The notes below the pieces were generated by a model. That model was not told the DNA's origin. It saw only the letters and a list, made by a program, of their open reading frames with translations, and made no database searches. Position numbers and translations under genes: made by a program. From sequence record MZ648215.1: a DNA stretch of 39,577 bases, one strand, 5' to 3'. The stretch is from Escherichia phage vB_EcoP_IMEP24. Every line of letters starts with the position of its first letter. Positions within the stretch are counted from its first letter, which is position 1. This document shows, piece after piece, positions 1 through 8,479 of this stretch.

Positions 1-184
1 TCTCACACTTCAAGAACCTCAAGTCTCCCCCATAGGCCCTCTTTCAGTCCAGACCAAGGGTGGCCCACCTCCAGTCTATCATAGGGTTGGACCGGCTGTC
101 AATATCTCAAGTCAACGATTGGTCATGACTATCGGTGGTGGTGGTGACGATAGGTTGGGACTATTGGTCTGTCTCTGAGTCTTT
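1..184. repeat. Left direct terminal repeat (184 bp), identical to 39394..39577
   Basis: First 184 nt of the window recur exactly at the last 184 nt; T7-like genomes carry direct terminal repeats of this size class. Confidence 0.9.
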
Positions 185-199
185 ATCTGTATAACCATA

Positions 200-279
200 A
201 GTCCAACAACCTACAGTCCAACAACCTACAGTCCAACAACCTACAGTCCAACAACCTACAGTCCAACAACCTACAGTCA
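200..279. repeat. Tandem array, 5 perfect copies of 15-bp unit AGTCCAACAACCTAC, just inside left terminal repeat
   Basis: Read directly: agtccaacaacctac x5 then partial copy; CCTACAGT motif recurs at 302-322 and near right end. Confidence 0.9.
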
Positions 280-577
280 CAGACCATCGGTAAAGCCATT
301 ACCTACAGTCAGAGACCTACAGTTAATAGACACAAAGATATAGACTTAAGGTCAAAGACATGTTAGTCAAAGACTATATCATCTTAGTCACTATGGGGCC
401 GACGATAGCTTAATCAATATTATTTCAAATTAACTATTGACTACAGGTCTCGATTATGGCTTAATAGCTTCCGTCAACACGACACGGCAACAACCGGATA
501 GTGAAGACGCCGGGTCATCCCGGTCAAGTAGACAGCCTGATAAGTCATACGAAAAACAGGCAGATGACAGAAAGTAG

Positions 578-607
578 TTGACAAGCAGTAACGACTTAAA
601 GTAGTAT
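578..607 (+). promoter_or_regulatory. Host sigma70-type early promoter (A1-like)
   Basis: TTGACA 578-583, 18-nt spacer, TAGTAT 602-607; lies in early leader where T7 has A1-A3. Confidence 0.5.
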
Positions 608-725
608 GTACCACGTAGCAAGATGGCGTAGGGATAGGAACCGAGAAACCTGCCCGAGACCAGCCAAGGATAAGGCACTAGCTGTGAGTCGAATTCGGTC
701 ACTCACCGCATAAAAGAATAACAGG

Positions 726-754
726 TTGACAGCCTCCTTTAAAAGCTGTAAGAT
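726..754 (+). promoter_or_regulatory. Host sigma70-type early promoter (A2/A3-like)
   Basis: TTGACA 726-731, 17-nt spacer, TAAGAT 749-754; near-consensus -35 and good -10. Confidence 0.6.
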
Positions 755-932
755 GTACCACACTGAAACGACAGTGAGTCCCAACACTGAAACGGGATAG
801 CACGGCGACGACAGCCAACGCGAATGCTCTTTAACAATCTGGATAAACTCTTAATGTGCGCCGATAGCGACTAACTACAGGGTCTTTGAGTCTACATCTG
901 AAGGCCCTGACTGATAGTCACTAACTTAACGG

Positions 933-1187
933 ATGGACACTATGAAACACTTAAGCACAATCACTAATCACAATGAAATATTCGTGAACACTAAAGGTTA
1001 TGCGTGGATTCAGCTTAAAGAGATGACAGGAGCGCGTCACCGTGTGGTAGTGCGCAAGGTCTCAAGCAAGCCGTTCAGTAACTACAGTGTAGATACTGTG
1101 CGTATAGACAACGAGACCTACCTGATAGACTCGCAGATAACCGTGAGTCCTACAGCGAGCGCCTCAGCTCCTTATTTCGCTAACTGA
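933..1187 (+). CDS. Hypothetical early protein (84 aa)
   Basis: ORF in early region upstream of Ocr-like gene; no recognised similarity; weak SD so start uncertain. Confidence 0.45.
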   Translation: MDTMKHLSTITNHNEIFVNTKGYAWIQLKEMTGARHRVVVRKVSSKPFSNYSVDTVRIDNETYLIDSQITVSPTASASAPYFAN

Positions 1188-1274
1188 GAGTGATTAACTA
1201 CAGGTCGTTAGACTCATAGCGGCCTGACTGATAGTCACTAACACACACACGATTAACTTTGAGAGGATATAACT

Positions 1275-1835
1275 ATGGAACGTAACGCTAACGCATACTA
1301 TGAGCTGCTGGCTGCAACCGTTAAAGCATTTAACGAGCGTATTCAGTACGACGAAATAGCTGAAGGCGATGACTACAGCGATGCGCTACATGAGGTCGTA
1401 GACGGTATGGTTCCGCACTATTACCACGAGATTTTCACGGTGATGGCTGCTGATGGTATAGACCACGAGTTTGAGGACTCTGGGCTGATGCCTGATACCA
1501 AAGACGTAACGCGTATACTGCAAGCTCGCATCTATGAGGCGCTTTATAACGACGTGTCTGATAGCTCGGATGTGGTATGGTTTGAGGCTGAAGAGAGCGA
1601 CGAAGAGGATGAATATTGGGTAGTTGACGCTAAAACAGGACTAATCATTGCGCAAGCTGTACCACTTAAAGACGCTATTGCGGTAAGTCGCAGTCCCTCT
1701 AAGGTAATAACAGGGGACACATACCACCTTGCAGGAAAGGACTTCAAGTCCAAAGACGAGGCGATACGCTATGCGGTTGAGCTTGCTGGCGGTCTTACTG
1801 TGACCAAGATGACAACCATCGCGGTGGAAGTGTAG
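1275..1835 (+). CDS. ocr: Ocr-like anti-restriction DNA mimic (T7 gene 0.3 homolog) with ~70-aa C-terminal extension
   Basis: N-terminal ~115 aa match T7 Ocr ([43 protein letters not shown], acidic stretch [11 protein letters not shown]); RBS gagagga upstream; 186 aa vs 117 aa in T7. Confidence 0.85.
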   Translation: MERNANAYYELLAATVKAFNERIQYDEIAEGDDYSDALHEVVDGMVPHYYHEIFTVMAADGIDHEFEDSGLMPDTKDVTRILQARIYEALYNDVSDSSDVVWFEAEESDEEDEYWVVDAKTGLIIAQAVPLKDAIAVSRSPSKVITGDTYHLAGKDFKSKDEAIRYAVELAGGLTVTKMTTIAVEV

Positions 1836-1908
1836 GAGTGATAGACGAGAGGTCATCTAACTGATAGGTGGCCTCAAAGATTACCACTTAAATTGATAGG
1901 AGTTAACT

Positions 1909-1998
1909 ATGAACGTCGGTTACTGGGTGTGCTTATCTCCGGTCATCTTTCTGATAGCTTGGGGCCTTCTGGACGCAATCAAGCGAGGGTCATTCTAA
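1909..1998 (+). CDS. Small hydrophobic peptide (29 aa), early gene
   Basis: ATG 6 nt after AGGAG (1898-1902); MNVGYWVCLSPVIFLIAWGLLDAIKRGSF; stop overlaps next ATG (TAATG). Confidence 0.4.
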   Translation: MNVGYWVCLSPVIFLIAWGLLDAIKRGSF

Positions 1999-2195
1999 TG
2001 AGCTGGATACTTCTGGTTATCTTAGGTTATGGACTTATCACCTACGTGCTGGTGAGAGACATCAACAAAGCGCGTAAAGTCTACAAATTCAACTATGTAC
2101 GTCTGGGTCGCTGGACTGTAAGACAACCTAATGGACGATTCACACGAAACCTCGCGAACGTCTGGGATATAGCAACTCTTGGGAGCAAACTGTAA
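1998..2195 (+). CDS. Small membrane protein (65 aa), early gene
   Basis: ATG coupled to upstream stop; hydrophobic segment WILLVILGYGLITYVLV; preferred over the TTG start at 1893 in the ORF track, which lacks an RBS. Confidence 0.45.
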   Translation: MSWILLVILGYGLITYVLVRDINKARKVYKFNYVRLGRWTVRQPNGRFTRNLANVWDIATLGSKL

Positions 2196-2521
2196 TGAAC
2201 AAGTCATACGGGATTAATCTGGTACACTCTATGGACGCAGAAATGAACATGTTAAGCCTACTGGCTACCGGGTATCGTCACGGGACGTCAAGTCACACCG
2301 CACGTCAACAACAGGAGCGCGACCGTGTACTTCAGGCACGACTCCGGGCCGAGGGCCATAAGTCTGAGCTGATGTGTCTGGCGTATGGTGGGCGACCAAT
2401 CACCGACGATGGTAAACTTCTGGTCTCAGGCTGGAAGGCGATAGACCAACGGTCAACCATCAAGCACACGACTCATGGTGACTTCAGTCATCTTCACGCT
2501 AACCCTCTGATATGCAAGTAA
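2195..2521 (+). CDS. Hypothetical early protein (108 aa)
   Basis: ORF with stop-start overlap (TAATGA) in the slot where T7 has genes 0.5-0.7; no kinase motifs. Confidence 0.5.
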   Translation: MNKSYGINLVHSMDAEMNMLSLLATGYRHGTSSHTARQQQERDRVLQARLRAEGHKSELMCLAYGGRPITDDGKLLVSGWKAIDQRSTIKHTTHGDFSHLHANPLICK

Positions 2522-2526
2522 TTCTG

Positions 2527-2549
2527 ACTTAACTATCACTATAGGACTC
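2527..2549 (+). promoter_or_regulatory. Phage RNAP promoter (class II type) upstream of RNAP gene
   Basis: cttaactatcactatagga, +1 G at 2544; matches the 12-member consensus in this genome. Confidence 0.7.
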
Positions 2550-2618
2550 AAGGTCTAAGACTCCAAGTGAAAGACCAAAGAGACTTTAAGTGAAAGACTA
2601 ATAACAAGGACTTTAAGT

Positions 2619-5300
2619 ATGAGCGTCATCTCTATTGACAAACACGACTTCTCTGATGTGTCGAACGCCATTGAGCCGTTTAACCTGCTGGCTGACCACT
2701 ATGGGCAAGACCTTGCAGTCAAGCAGCTTCAGCTTGAGCATGAGGCATACACTGAAGGTGAGCGACGTTTCATTAAGAACCTTGAGCGCCAGACCGAGCG
2801 CGGGGAACTGGCAGACAATCAGGTCGCTAAACCTCTGATGCAAACGCTGGTTCCGACCATCGCTAAGGCTTTCCGTGAGTGGCATGAAGGCCCGGAAGGT
2901 AAGTCATCGACCTCGCGTCCAAGCGTAGCGTTTACCATGCTGAGCACTGACGAGAAGGCTGTAAAAGACCGCTCTCTGCTAATCTCTGCGGAGTCTGCTG
3001 CGGTTATCATACTGAAGGTCATCCTCTCCAAGCTGGTCAAGCCTGAAGGGATACCGATAACTCCTATGGCATCCGCGATAGGTCGCACACTGGAAGATGA
3101 AATCCGCTTTGGTCGCATACGTGAGCAGGAGCAGGAGCACTTCAAGAAGACCATAGCGGAGAACCTGAAGAAACGCGCTGGCGCAAGCTACAAGAAAGCC
3201 TACATGCAGGCAGTCGAGGCGTCTATGCTTGAGCAGGGGCAACTGGCTGACGCTTGGGGGACTTGGAGTCCTACCGAGGCGGTACACGTTGGCATCAAGA
3301 TGCTTGAGATTGTCATCCAGTCCACACAACTGGTCGAGCTTAAGCGTTATGGTGCTGGCAATGCGGCGGCTGACGTTGAGATGGTCCACCTGTCAGACTT
3401 CTGGGTCAAGAAGATGGCACAACGTGGATTCAGCCTTGCGGGTATCGCACCAGTCTATCAACCTTGCGTCGTTCCACCTAAGCCGTGGACGGGTGTCGTA
3501 GGCGGTGGGTACTGGGCCAAAGGTCGCAGACCGTTACCATTGATTCGCTTAGGGTCTAAGTCTGCGGTAGCACGTTACGAAGACGTGTACATGCCTGAAG
3601 TCTATGACGCTGTGAACATCATTCAGAATACACCTTGGAAAGTTAACAAGAAGGTTCTGGACGTGGTGAACATGGTCGAGAAGCTGAACAACACGCCTAT
3701 TGATGACATCCCTCAAATGGAACCACTGAAGCCTGAGGACTATGCGGGTGAGACTGAAGAAGAACTCAAGGCATGGAAGAAAGCTGCTGCTGGTATCTAT
3801 CGCCGCGAGAAGGCCCGACAGTCACGCAGATTGTCGCTGAGTTTTATCGTCAGCCAAGCGAACAAGTTCTCGCAGTTTAAGGCTATCTGGTTCCCGTACA
3901 ACATGGATTGGCGCGGTCGCGTCTACGCTGTACCGATGTTCAACCCTCAGGGTAACGACATGCAGAAAGGTCTCCTGACTCTGGCAGTCGGAAAGCCTAT
4001 TGGCGCTGATGGTTTCAAATGGCTGAAGGTCCACGGTGCAAACTGTGCGGGTGTCGATAAAGTCACCTTCGAGGAGCGCATCAAGTGGGTGGAAGACAAC
4101 CACGACAACATCATGTCTACCGCTAAGGCCCCGATGGACAGCATTGAGTGGTGGGGTAAGTTAGACTCTCCTTTCTGCTTCCTAGCGTTCTGCTTCGAGT
4201 ATGCTGGCGTAATGCATCACGGCCTGTCTTACTCCTGCTCGTTGCCGATAGCGTTCGATGGGTCCTGCTCTGGGATTCAGCACTTCAGCGCGATGCTTCG
4301 TGACCACATCGGTGGACATGCAGTAAACCTGACGCCTTCCGGTAAGGTTCAAGACATCTACCGCATCGTGTCTGACCGCATTGAGGAGGAGCTTAAAGTC
4401 CTGCTGGTTAACGGTACGGACAACGAGATGGTCACTCACGAGGATAAGAAAACTGGTGAGATTACCGAACGTCTCAAGCTGGGGACACGAGAGCTGGCCC
4501 GGCAGTGGCTGACTTACGGTATGTCACGCAAGGTAACTAAGCGTTCGGTCATGACTCTGGCCTACGGGTCGAAAGAGTACGGATTCGCAGACCAAGTTTA
4601 CGAGGACATCGTGATGCCAGCGATTGACTCAGGGTCCGGCGCTATGTTCACTGAACCAAGCCAAGCGTCTCGCTTCATGGCTAAGATGATTTGGGAAGCT
4701 GTTAGTGTGACCGTAGTTGCTGCGGTTGACGCGATGAAGTGGCTTCAAGGTGCTGCCAAGCTGCTGGCTGCTGAAGTGAAGGACAAGAAGACTGGCGAAA
4801 TCCTGAAGCCATGTCTTCCGGTACACTGGGTCACACCTGATGGTTTCCCGGTCTGGCAGGAATACCGCAAGAAAGATACCACTCGTCTGAACCTGATGTT
4901 CTTAGGGTCATTCAACCTTCAGCCTACGGTCAACAAAGGCACGAAGAAAGAGCTGGACAAGCACAAGCAGGAGTCAGGCATTAGCCCGAACTTCGTCCAC
5001 TCACAAGATGGTAGCCACCTGCGCAAGACTGTAGTCCACACGCACCGCAAGTATGGCGTGATGTCGTTCGCAGTGATCCACGATAGCTTCGGGACCATCC
5101 CGGCTGACGCTGAGTATCTGTTCCGTGGCGTCCGTGAGACAATGGTTGAGACCTACCGCGACAACGATGTGCTGCTTGACTTCTACGAGCAGTTCGAATA
5201 CCAGCTTCACGAGAGTCAGCGCGATAAGCTGCCTGAGCTTCCGAAGAAAGGTAAACTGAATATCGAAGACATCCTGTCTTCAGACTTTGCATTCGCTTAA
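2619..5300 (+). CDS. Single-subunit DNA-directed RNA polymerase (T7 gene 1 homolog)
   Basis: 893 aa; near-collinear with T7 RNAP incl. KAIWFPYNMDWRGRVYAV, HGANCAGVDK, LPxAFDGSCSGIQHFSAMLRD, VHSQDGSHLRK, IHDSFGT, C-terminal FAFA. Confidence 0.98.
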   Translation: MSVISIDKHDFSDVSNAIEPFNLLADHYGQDLAVKQLQLEHEAYTEGERRFIKNLERQTERGELADNQVAKPLMQTLVPTIAKAFREWHEGPEGKSSTSRPSVAFTMLSTDEKAVKDRSLLISAESAAVIILKVILSKLVKPEGIPITPMASAIGRTLEDEIRFGRIREQEQEHFKKTIAENLKKRAGASYKKAYMQAVEASMLEQGQLADAWGTWSPTEAVHVGIKMLEIVIQSTQLVELKRYGAGNAAADVEMVHLSDFWVKKMAQRGFSLAGIAPVYQPCVVPPKPWTGVVGGGYWAKGRRPLPLIRLGSKSAVARYEDVYMPEVYDAVNIIQNTPWKVNKKVLDVVNMVEKLNNTPIDDIPQMEPLKPEDYAGETEEELKAWKKAAAGIYRREKARQSRRLSLSFIVSQANKFSQFKAIWFPYNMDWRGRVYAVPMFNPQGNDMQKGLLTLAVGKPIGADGFKWLKVHGANCAGVDKVTFEERIKWVEDNHDNIMSTAKAPMDSIEWWGKLDSPFCFLAFCFEYAGVMHHGLSYSCSLPIAFDGSCSGIQHFSAMLRDHIGGHAVNLTPSGKVQDIYRIVSDRIEEELKVLLVNGTDNEMVTHEDKKTGEITERLKLGTRELARQWLTYGMSRKVTKRSVMTLAYGSKEYGFADQVYEDIVMPAIDSGSGAMFTEPSQASRFMAKMIWEAVSVTVVAAVDAMKWLQGAAKLLAAEVKDKKTGEILKPCLPVHWVTPDGFPVWQEYRKKDTTRLNLMFLGSFNLQPTVNKGTKKELDKHKQESGISPNFVHSQDGSHLRKTVVHTHRKYGVMSFAVIHDSFGTIPADAEYLFRGVRETMVETYRDNDVLLDFYEQFEYQLHESQRDKLPELPKKGKLNIEDILSSDFAFA

Positions 5301-5312
5301 CAGGAGAGAGTT

Positions 5313-5513
5313 ATGAAATTTGCACACAAGCAGACTGGCGTTAATGGCGGGACTCAAATCGTGACTGTAACGGAGCACAACGGGAAGGGTCTGGTGAAGA
5401 CCACGGTCATTCCTACAGAAATGGCAAAGCAGCTTAACGTACCGTTCAAGTGGCTAGTTAAGTTGGTCGAGGAGCGTCACGAGGCAGAACTTAAAGAGGC
5501 AGCAACCAAATGA
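5313..5513 (+). CDS. Hypothetical protein (66 aa)
   Basis: ORF with RBS aggagag 6 nt upstream; sits between RNAP gene and gene 1.1. Confidence 0.5.
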   Translation: MKFAHKQTGVNGGTQIVTVTEHNGKGLVKTTVIPTEMAKQLNVPFKWLVKLVEERHEAELKEAATK

Positions 5514-5591
5514 CAGACCTACAGTTACTGGCCTTGTGGCTGGGAGCACTCGCAGTATTCACTTTAATCCAACGCAGAAGAGGTTAACCTT

Positions 5592-6065
5592 ATGTTCGGT
5601 AAGTCAAAACTTGAAGCACAAATCGAGGAGTTGAGCATGAAGGTGGTATGTTTGAAGCGAGCCGTAGAGGTCCGGGACAAGGACAACGAGCGGCTGAAGG
5701 ATAAGCTCGCTGAAGCCGAGCGTAAGCGCCTAACGCCACCAGCGGCTGTAACCCTCAAGCGTATGGTCGGCATCAAGTTCAAGGCGCTGTTCGATGGTAA
5801 GTATCAGCCCACTGAGTTCAAGATAGGTCTTGGCAAGTGTGGGAAGGTGGTCAACTACTTCGAGGTGACTAAGCGTGAAGACCGGACGCTTACCATTCAC
5901 CAGTATCACACAGACGGGTCGTCTAAGGACTTCGAGTACCGACTCGGAGACATCGACGGTCGCATCCAGTATGACTACGAGCTGATGCAAGTCTACGGCG
6001 AGGAGGCAGAACGTGAGCGAGCGATTCAGGCATTCATGCAAGTAAGACCTCGCATCGTCATCTAA
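5592..6065 (+). CDS. Hypothetical protein (157 aa), coiled-coil N-terminus
   Basis: ORF; stop TAA is embedded in the downstream phage promoter; no recognised similarity. Confidence 0.55.
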   Translation: MFGKSKLEAQIEELSMKVVCLKRAVEVRDKDNERLKDKLAEAERKRLTPPAAVTLKRMVGIKFKALFDGKYQPTEFKIGLGKCGKVVNYFEVTKREDRTLTIHQYHTDGSSKDFEYRLGDIDGRIQYDYELMQVYGEEAERERAIQAFMQVRPRIVI

Positions 6066-6083
6066 ACTATCACTATAGGATTA
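6061..6083 (+). promoter_or_regulatory. Phage RNAP promoter (phi1.1-like)
   Basis: tctaaactatcactatagga, +1 G at 6078. Confidence 0.8.
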
Positions 6084-6124
6084 GACTCAAGGTCATGACT
6101 CAAAGTCGTGGCCTTCATGATTAA
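6081..6124 (+). other. RNase III-type processing hairpin (R1.1-like)
   Basis: TTAGACTCAAGGTCAT..GTGGCCTTCATGATTAA; 10-bp stem with G.U wobbles; same element recurs at 13401 and 36152. Confidence 0.5.
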
Positions 6125-6154
6125 CCCTATAACCTAAACAACTGGAGCTACAAC

Positions 6155-6334
6155 ATGTATCAGAACACTATCAACTTCGAGCGCATCCGTGAACGTCAGC
6201 AGACTGAAGATTATATTCCGAAGGGACGCAAGCTGAACAAGACCAAGCGTGGTGGTGGTGTCAAGGGTGCTTTCCGTAACGCTGAAGGTAAAGACTCTCT
6301 GGTAAACCAAGAGAAATACTTCGTAGGAGCATAA
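6155..6334 (+). CDS. Gene 1.1-like protein (59 aa)
   Basis: Below the ORF track cutoff; RBS ggag; shares KGRKLNKTKR with T7 gp1.1. Confidence 0.65.
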   Translation: MYQNTINFERIRERQQTEDYIPKGRKLNKTKRGGGVKGAFRNAEGKDSLVNQEKYFVGA

Positions 6335-6338
6335 CGCT

Positions 6339-6602
6339 ATGGGCCGACTTTATAGTGGCAACCTAAACGCTTTCAAAGCAGCGTGTAACAGGCTCTATCA
6401 GTTAGACTTCTGCGTGATACAGAAGGATTGGTACGAGGCGCATCTTCGGAAAGAGTGCATGAGACTTCAAGTCGAGGACCGAGCTGGTAACATCTTCGCG
6501 CTTAAGACCTTCGCTCACCACGATGAAGACGTACTGTACAACACTGCAACAGGCTTCCTTAACTGCCTCGCTAACCAACTCGACACATGGAGAAAATCAT
6601 AA
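6339..6602 (+). CDS. Gene 1.2 protein (host dGTPase inhibitor homolog)
   Basis: MGRLYSGNLxAFKAA...HHDEDVL matches T7 gp1.2 along whole length; 87 aa. Confidence 0.85.
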   Translation: MGRLYSGNLNAFKAACNRLYQLDFCVIQKDWYEAHLRKECMRLQVEDRAGNIFALKTFAHHDEDVLYNTATGFLNCLANQLDTWRKS

Positions 6603-7663
6603 TGACTACGACTATTAAAACTAACCCGCACCGCGCTGTAGATTACTCTGAGTCTGGCGTTAAGAAGGCTCTGGAAGCTGCTGGGTCGCTGGAAGCTGAA
6701 GTGAAGTACGATGGTGTCCGGTTGAACCTTACGGTCTTCCCTACTGGTGAGACTCAATGGCTGAGCCGTGAGTCCAAAGAGCTTCCAGCACTTCAGCATC
6801 TGAAGTCAGAACATGGGAGTCCTACCGAATTAACAAACTGTGGAGACTGGCGCTGGTTCCTGAAGCAAGCAGGACATGAGGTCTCTGGCCTGATGATTGA
6901 CGGTGAGGTCATGGTCAAGGGTGTAGACTTCAATACGTCTTCAGGTCTCATCCGAACGAAGTGGTTGAAGCAAAAGAACTTTGAGTTTTCAACTGGTGAG
7001 CACTGGGGTAAGGACAGGAAGAAAGAGAAGCTACCATTCTGTCTGGACCAGAGGTTCATCAAAGTGGTCGTCTACGGGGTCATCGACCTTAACGTCATCA
7101 CCGACCCGACAGCCGAAGGTCCTATCCATAGCGTCACACGCCTGAAGGCCGAAGCTATCGTCCCTCTCCTCCAGAAATACTTCCCTGAAATCGACTGGGT
7201 TCTGTCTGAGTCACACACGGTCTATGACCTTGAGTCGCTCAACTCCCTGTACGAACAGAAGCGTCTGGAAGGACACGAGGGTCTGGTAGTCAAGGACCCG
7301 CTTGGTAAATACAAGCGTGGCAAGAAGTCTGGCATGTGGAAAATGAAGCCTGAGGAGACCATCGACGGGACCGTGTGTGGCCTAGTGTGGGGGACTCCGG
7401 GTAAGGCCAACGAAGGTAAGGTGATTGGCTTTGAGGTTCTGCTTGAGGATGGCATGGTGGTTAACGCCTGTGGTCTGACTGAAGAACAGAAGGACGAGTT
7501 CACACTAGCTGTTAAGACTCAGGAGCTAAACGGTGACAGCCACGCCTATGAAGGATGGCAGTGTGAGGTCCTATTCATGGAGAGGTTCCCTGATGGCTCC
7601 CTTCGTCACCCTAGCTTCAAGTGCTGGCGCGGGACGGAAGACAATCCAACCGTTAAGAGCTAA
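6602..7663 (+). CDS. ATP-dependent DNA ligase (T7 gene 1.3 homolog)
   Basis: KYDGVR adenylation motif, LMIDGEVMVKGVDFNTSSGL, EGHEGLVVKDP, KRGKKSGMWKMKPE, DGSLRHPSF; start placed at ATG 6602 (MTTTIKTNP matches T7 N-terminus), overlapping 1.2 stop. Confidence 0.93.
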   Translation: MTTTIKTNPHRAVDYSESGVKKALEAAGSLEAEVKYDGVRLNLTVFPTGETQWLSRESKELPALQHLKSEHGSPTELTNCGDWRWFLKQAGHEVSGLMIDGEVMVKGVDFNTSSGLIRTKWLKQKNFEFSTGEHWGKDRKKEKLPFCLDQRFIKVVVYGVIDLNVITDPTAEGPIHSVTRLKAEAIVPLLQKYFPEIDWVLSESHTVYDLESLNSLYEQKRLEGHEGLVVKDPLGKYKRGKKSGMWKMKPEETIDGTVCGLVWGTPGKANEGKVIGFEVLLEDGMVVNACGLTEEQKDEFTLAVKTQELNGDSHAYEGWQCEVLFMERFPDGSLRHPSFKCWRGTEDNPTVKS

Positions 7664-7672
7664 CTAAACGTC

Positions 7673-7710
7673 AACCCAGTGGTCTTCGGACTGCTGGGTT
7701 TCTTTGCTTT
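7673..7710 (+). terminator. Rho-independent terminator (early terminator TE equivalent)
   Basis: AACCCAG..CTGGGTT stem followed by TTCTTTGCTTT; located right after ligase as in T7. Confidence 0.65.
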
Positions 7711-7746
7711 GTGCTAACAAGCTATCGTTTGGGGTACCAGCCTGAC

Positions 7747-7769
7747 CCTAAGCTATCACTATAGGACAA
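7747..7769 (+). promoter_or_regulatory. Phage RNAP promoter
   Basis: cctaagctatcactatagga, +1 G at 7764 (one variant base at -13). Confidence 0.7.
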
Positions 7770-7797
7770 CCATAACTTCGACCTAAGGAGGCCGACC

Positions 7798-8058
7798 ATG
7801 TTTAAGAACTTAATGTTCAACCGTTATACCAGTACATTCCACCTGTCTCACAACCCGTTCGCTTGCATTAAGCGCAACGAGAAGCTGGGCTACTTCGGGA
7901 AGGCCGTTAAGCTGTCACCTACAGTCTTCGCTCTGATTACTCCGGGCAAAGTTGAAGAGGCCCGACAGAAGCGTGAGACCAACGTACCTGTGGTCTACAC
8001 CAAGTGGCCTCGCGTTCGTCTGTTCGTTGAGTTCGTGAAGGAGGTGGTCAATGACTAA
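7798..8058 (+). CDS. Gene 1.6-like protein
   Basis: RBS aggagg; pattern similarity to T7 gp1.6 (LSPTVFALITPG; KWPRVRLFVEFVKEV). Confidence 0.7.
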   Translation: MFKNLMFNRYTSTFHLSHNPFACIKRNEKLGYFGKAVKLSPTVFALITPGKVEEARQKRETNVPVVYTKWPRVRLFVEFVKEVVND

Positions 8059-8479
8059 GCACGAGCGGATAGTAGTGAAACTGGTAGAACAGAACACCGA
8101 TAAACCAGATGACCATGACTCCTGTGCAGGGACATCATGCTATGGCGTAGATTGTAGTGGTTGCCCCTTCGACGATAATGACGATGGGGAGATGACTTTA
8201 GGCAAACTCCGCGAGTCCATCAAGCCAGCAGCTACCGAAGATGGTGTACGCAAGCCATCCCACTATCAGGTCTTTGACGGTGTGGAATCCATTGAGATTA
8301 TCGCTCGGTCCATGACTGTCAGTGAGTTCCGTGGTTTCTGCATGGGTAACGTCCTGAAGTATCGACTCCGAGCTGGTAAGAAGTCAGAGCTGGCTACTAT
8401 GGAGAAGGACCTGAACAAAGCAGCCTTCTATCAGGAGCTGTTCGACCTACATAAAGGTAAGTGCTATGCTGCCGAGTGA
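8051..8479 (+). CDS. Gene 1.7-like protein (nucleotide kinase family in T7)
   Basis: C-terminal half matches T7 gp1.7 (PSHYQVFDGVESIEIIARSMTVSEFRGFCMGNVLKYRLRAGKKSELA); RBS aggagg. Confidence 0.8.
   Translation: MTKHERIVVKLVEQNTDKPDDHDSCAGTSCYGVDCSGCPFDDNDDGEMTLGKLRESIKPAATEDGVRKPSHYQVFDGVESIEIIARSMTVSEFRGFCMGNVLKYRLRAGKKSELATMEKDLNKAAFYQELFDLHKGKCYAAE

Noticed and set aside
200-279. Tandem 15-bp repeats considered as a CRISPR array
   Set aside because: Units are contiguous with no spacers and sit at a phage genome end; this is a terminal short-repeat array
383-398. Promoter-like string TTAGTCACTATGGGG near the left end
   Set aside because: Departs from the genome's own consensus at several positions including -1; could be a weak left-end promoter but not called
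454-787. 82-aa and 63-aa minus-strand ORFs
   Set aside because: Lie in the early leader that carries the sigma70-type promoters; no RBS and wrong strand
1893-2195. 100-aa ORF with TTG start from the ORF track
   Set aside because: No RBS before the TTG; the region is better explained by two RBS-led, translationally coupled small ORFs (1909..1998 and 1998..2195)
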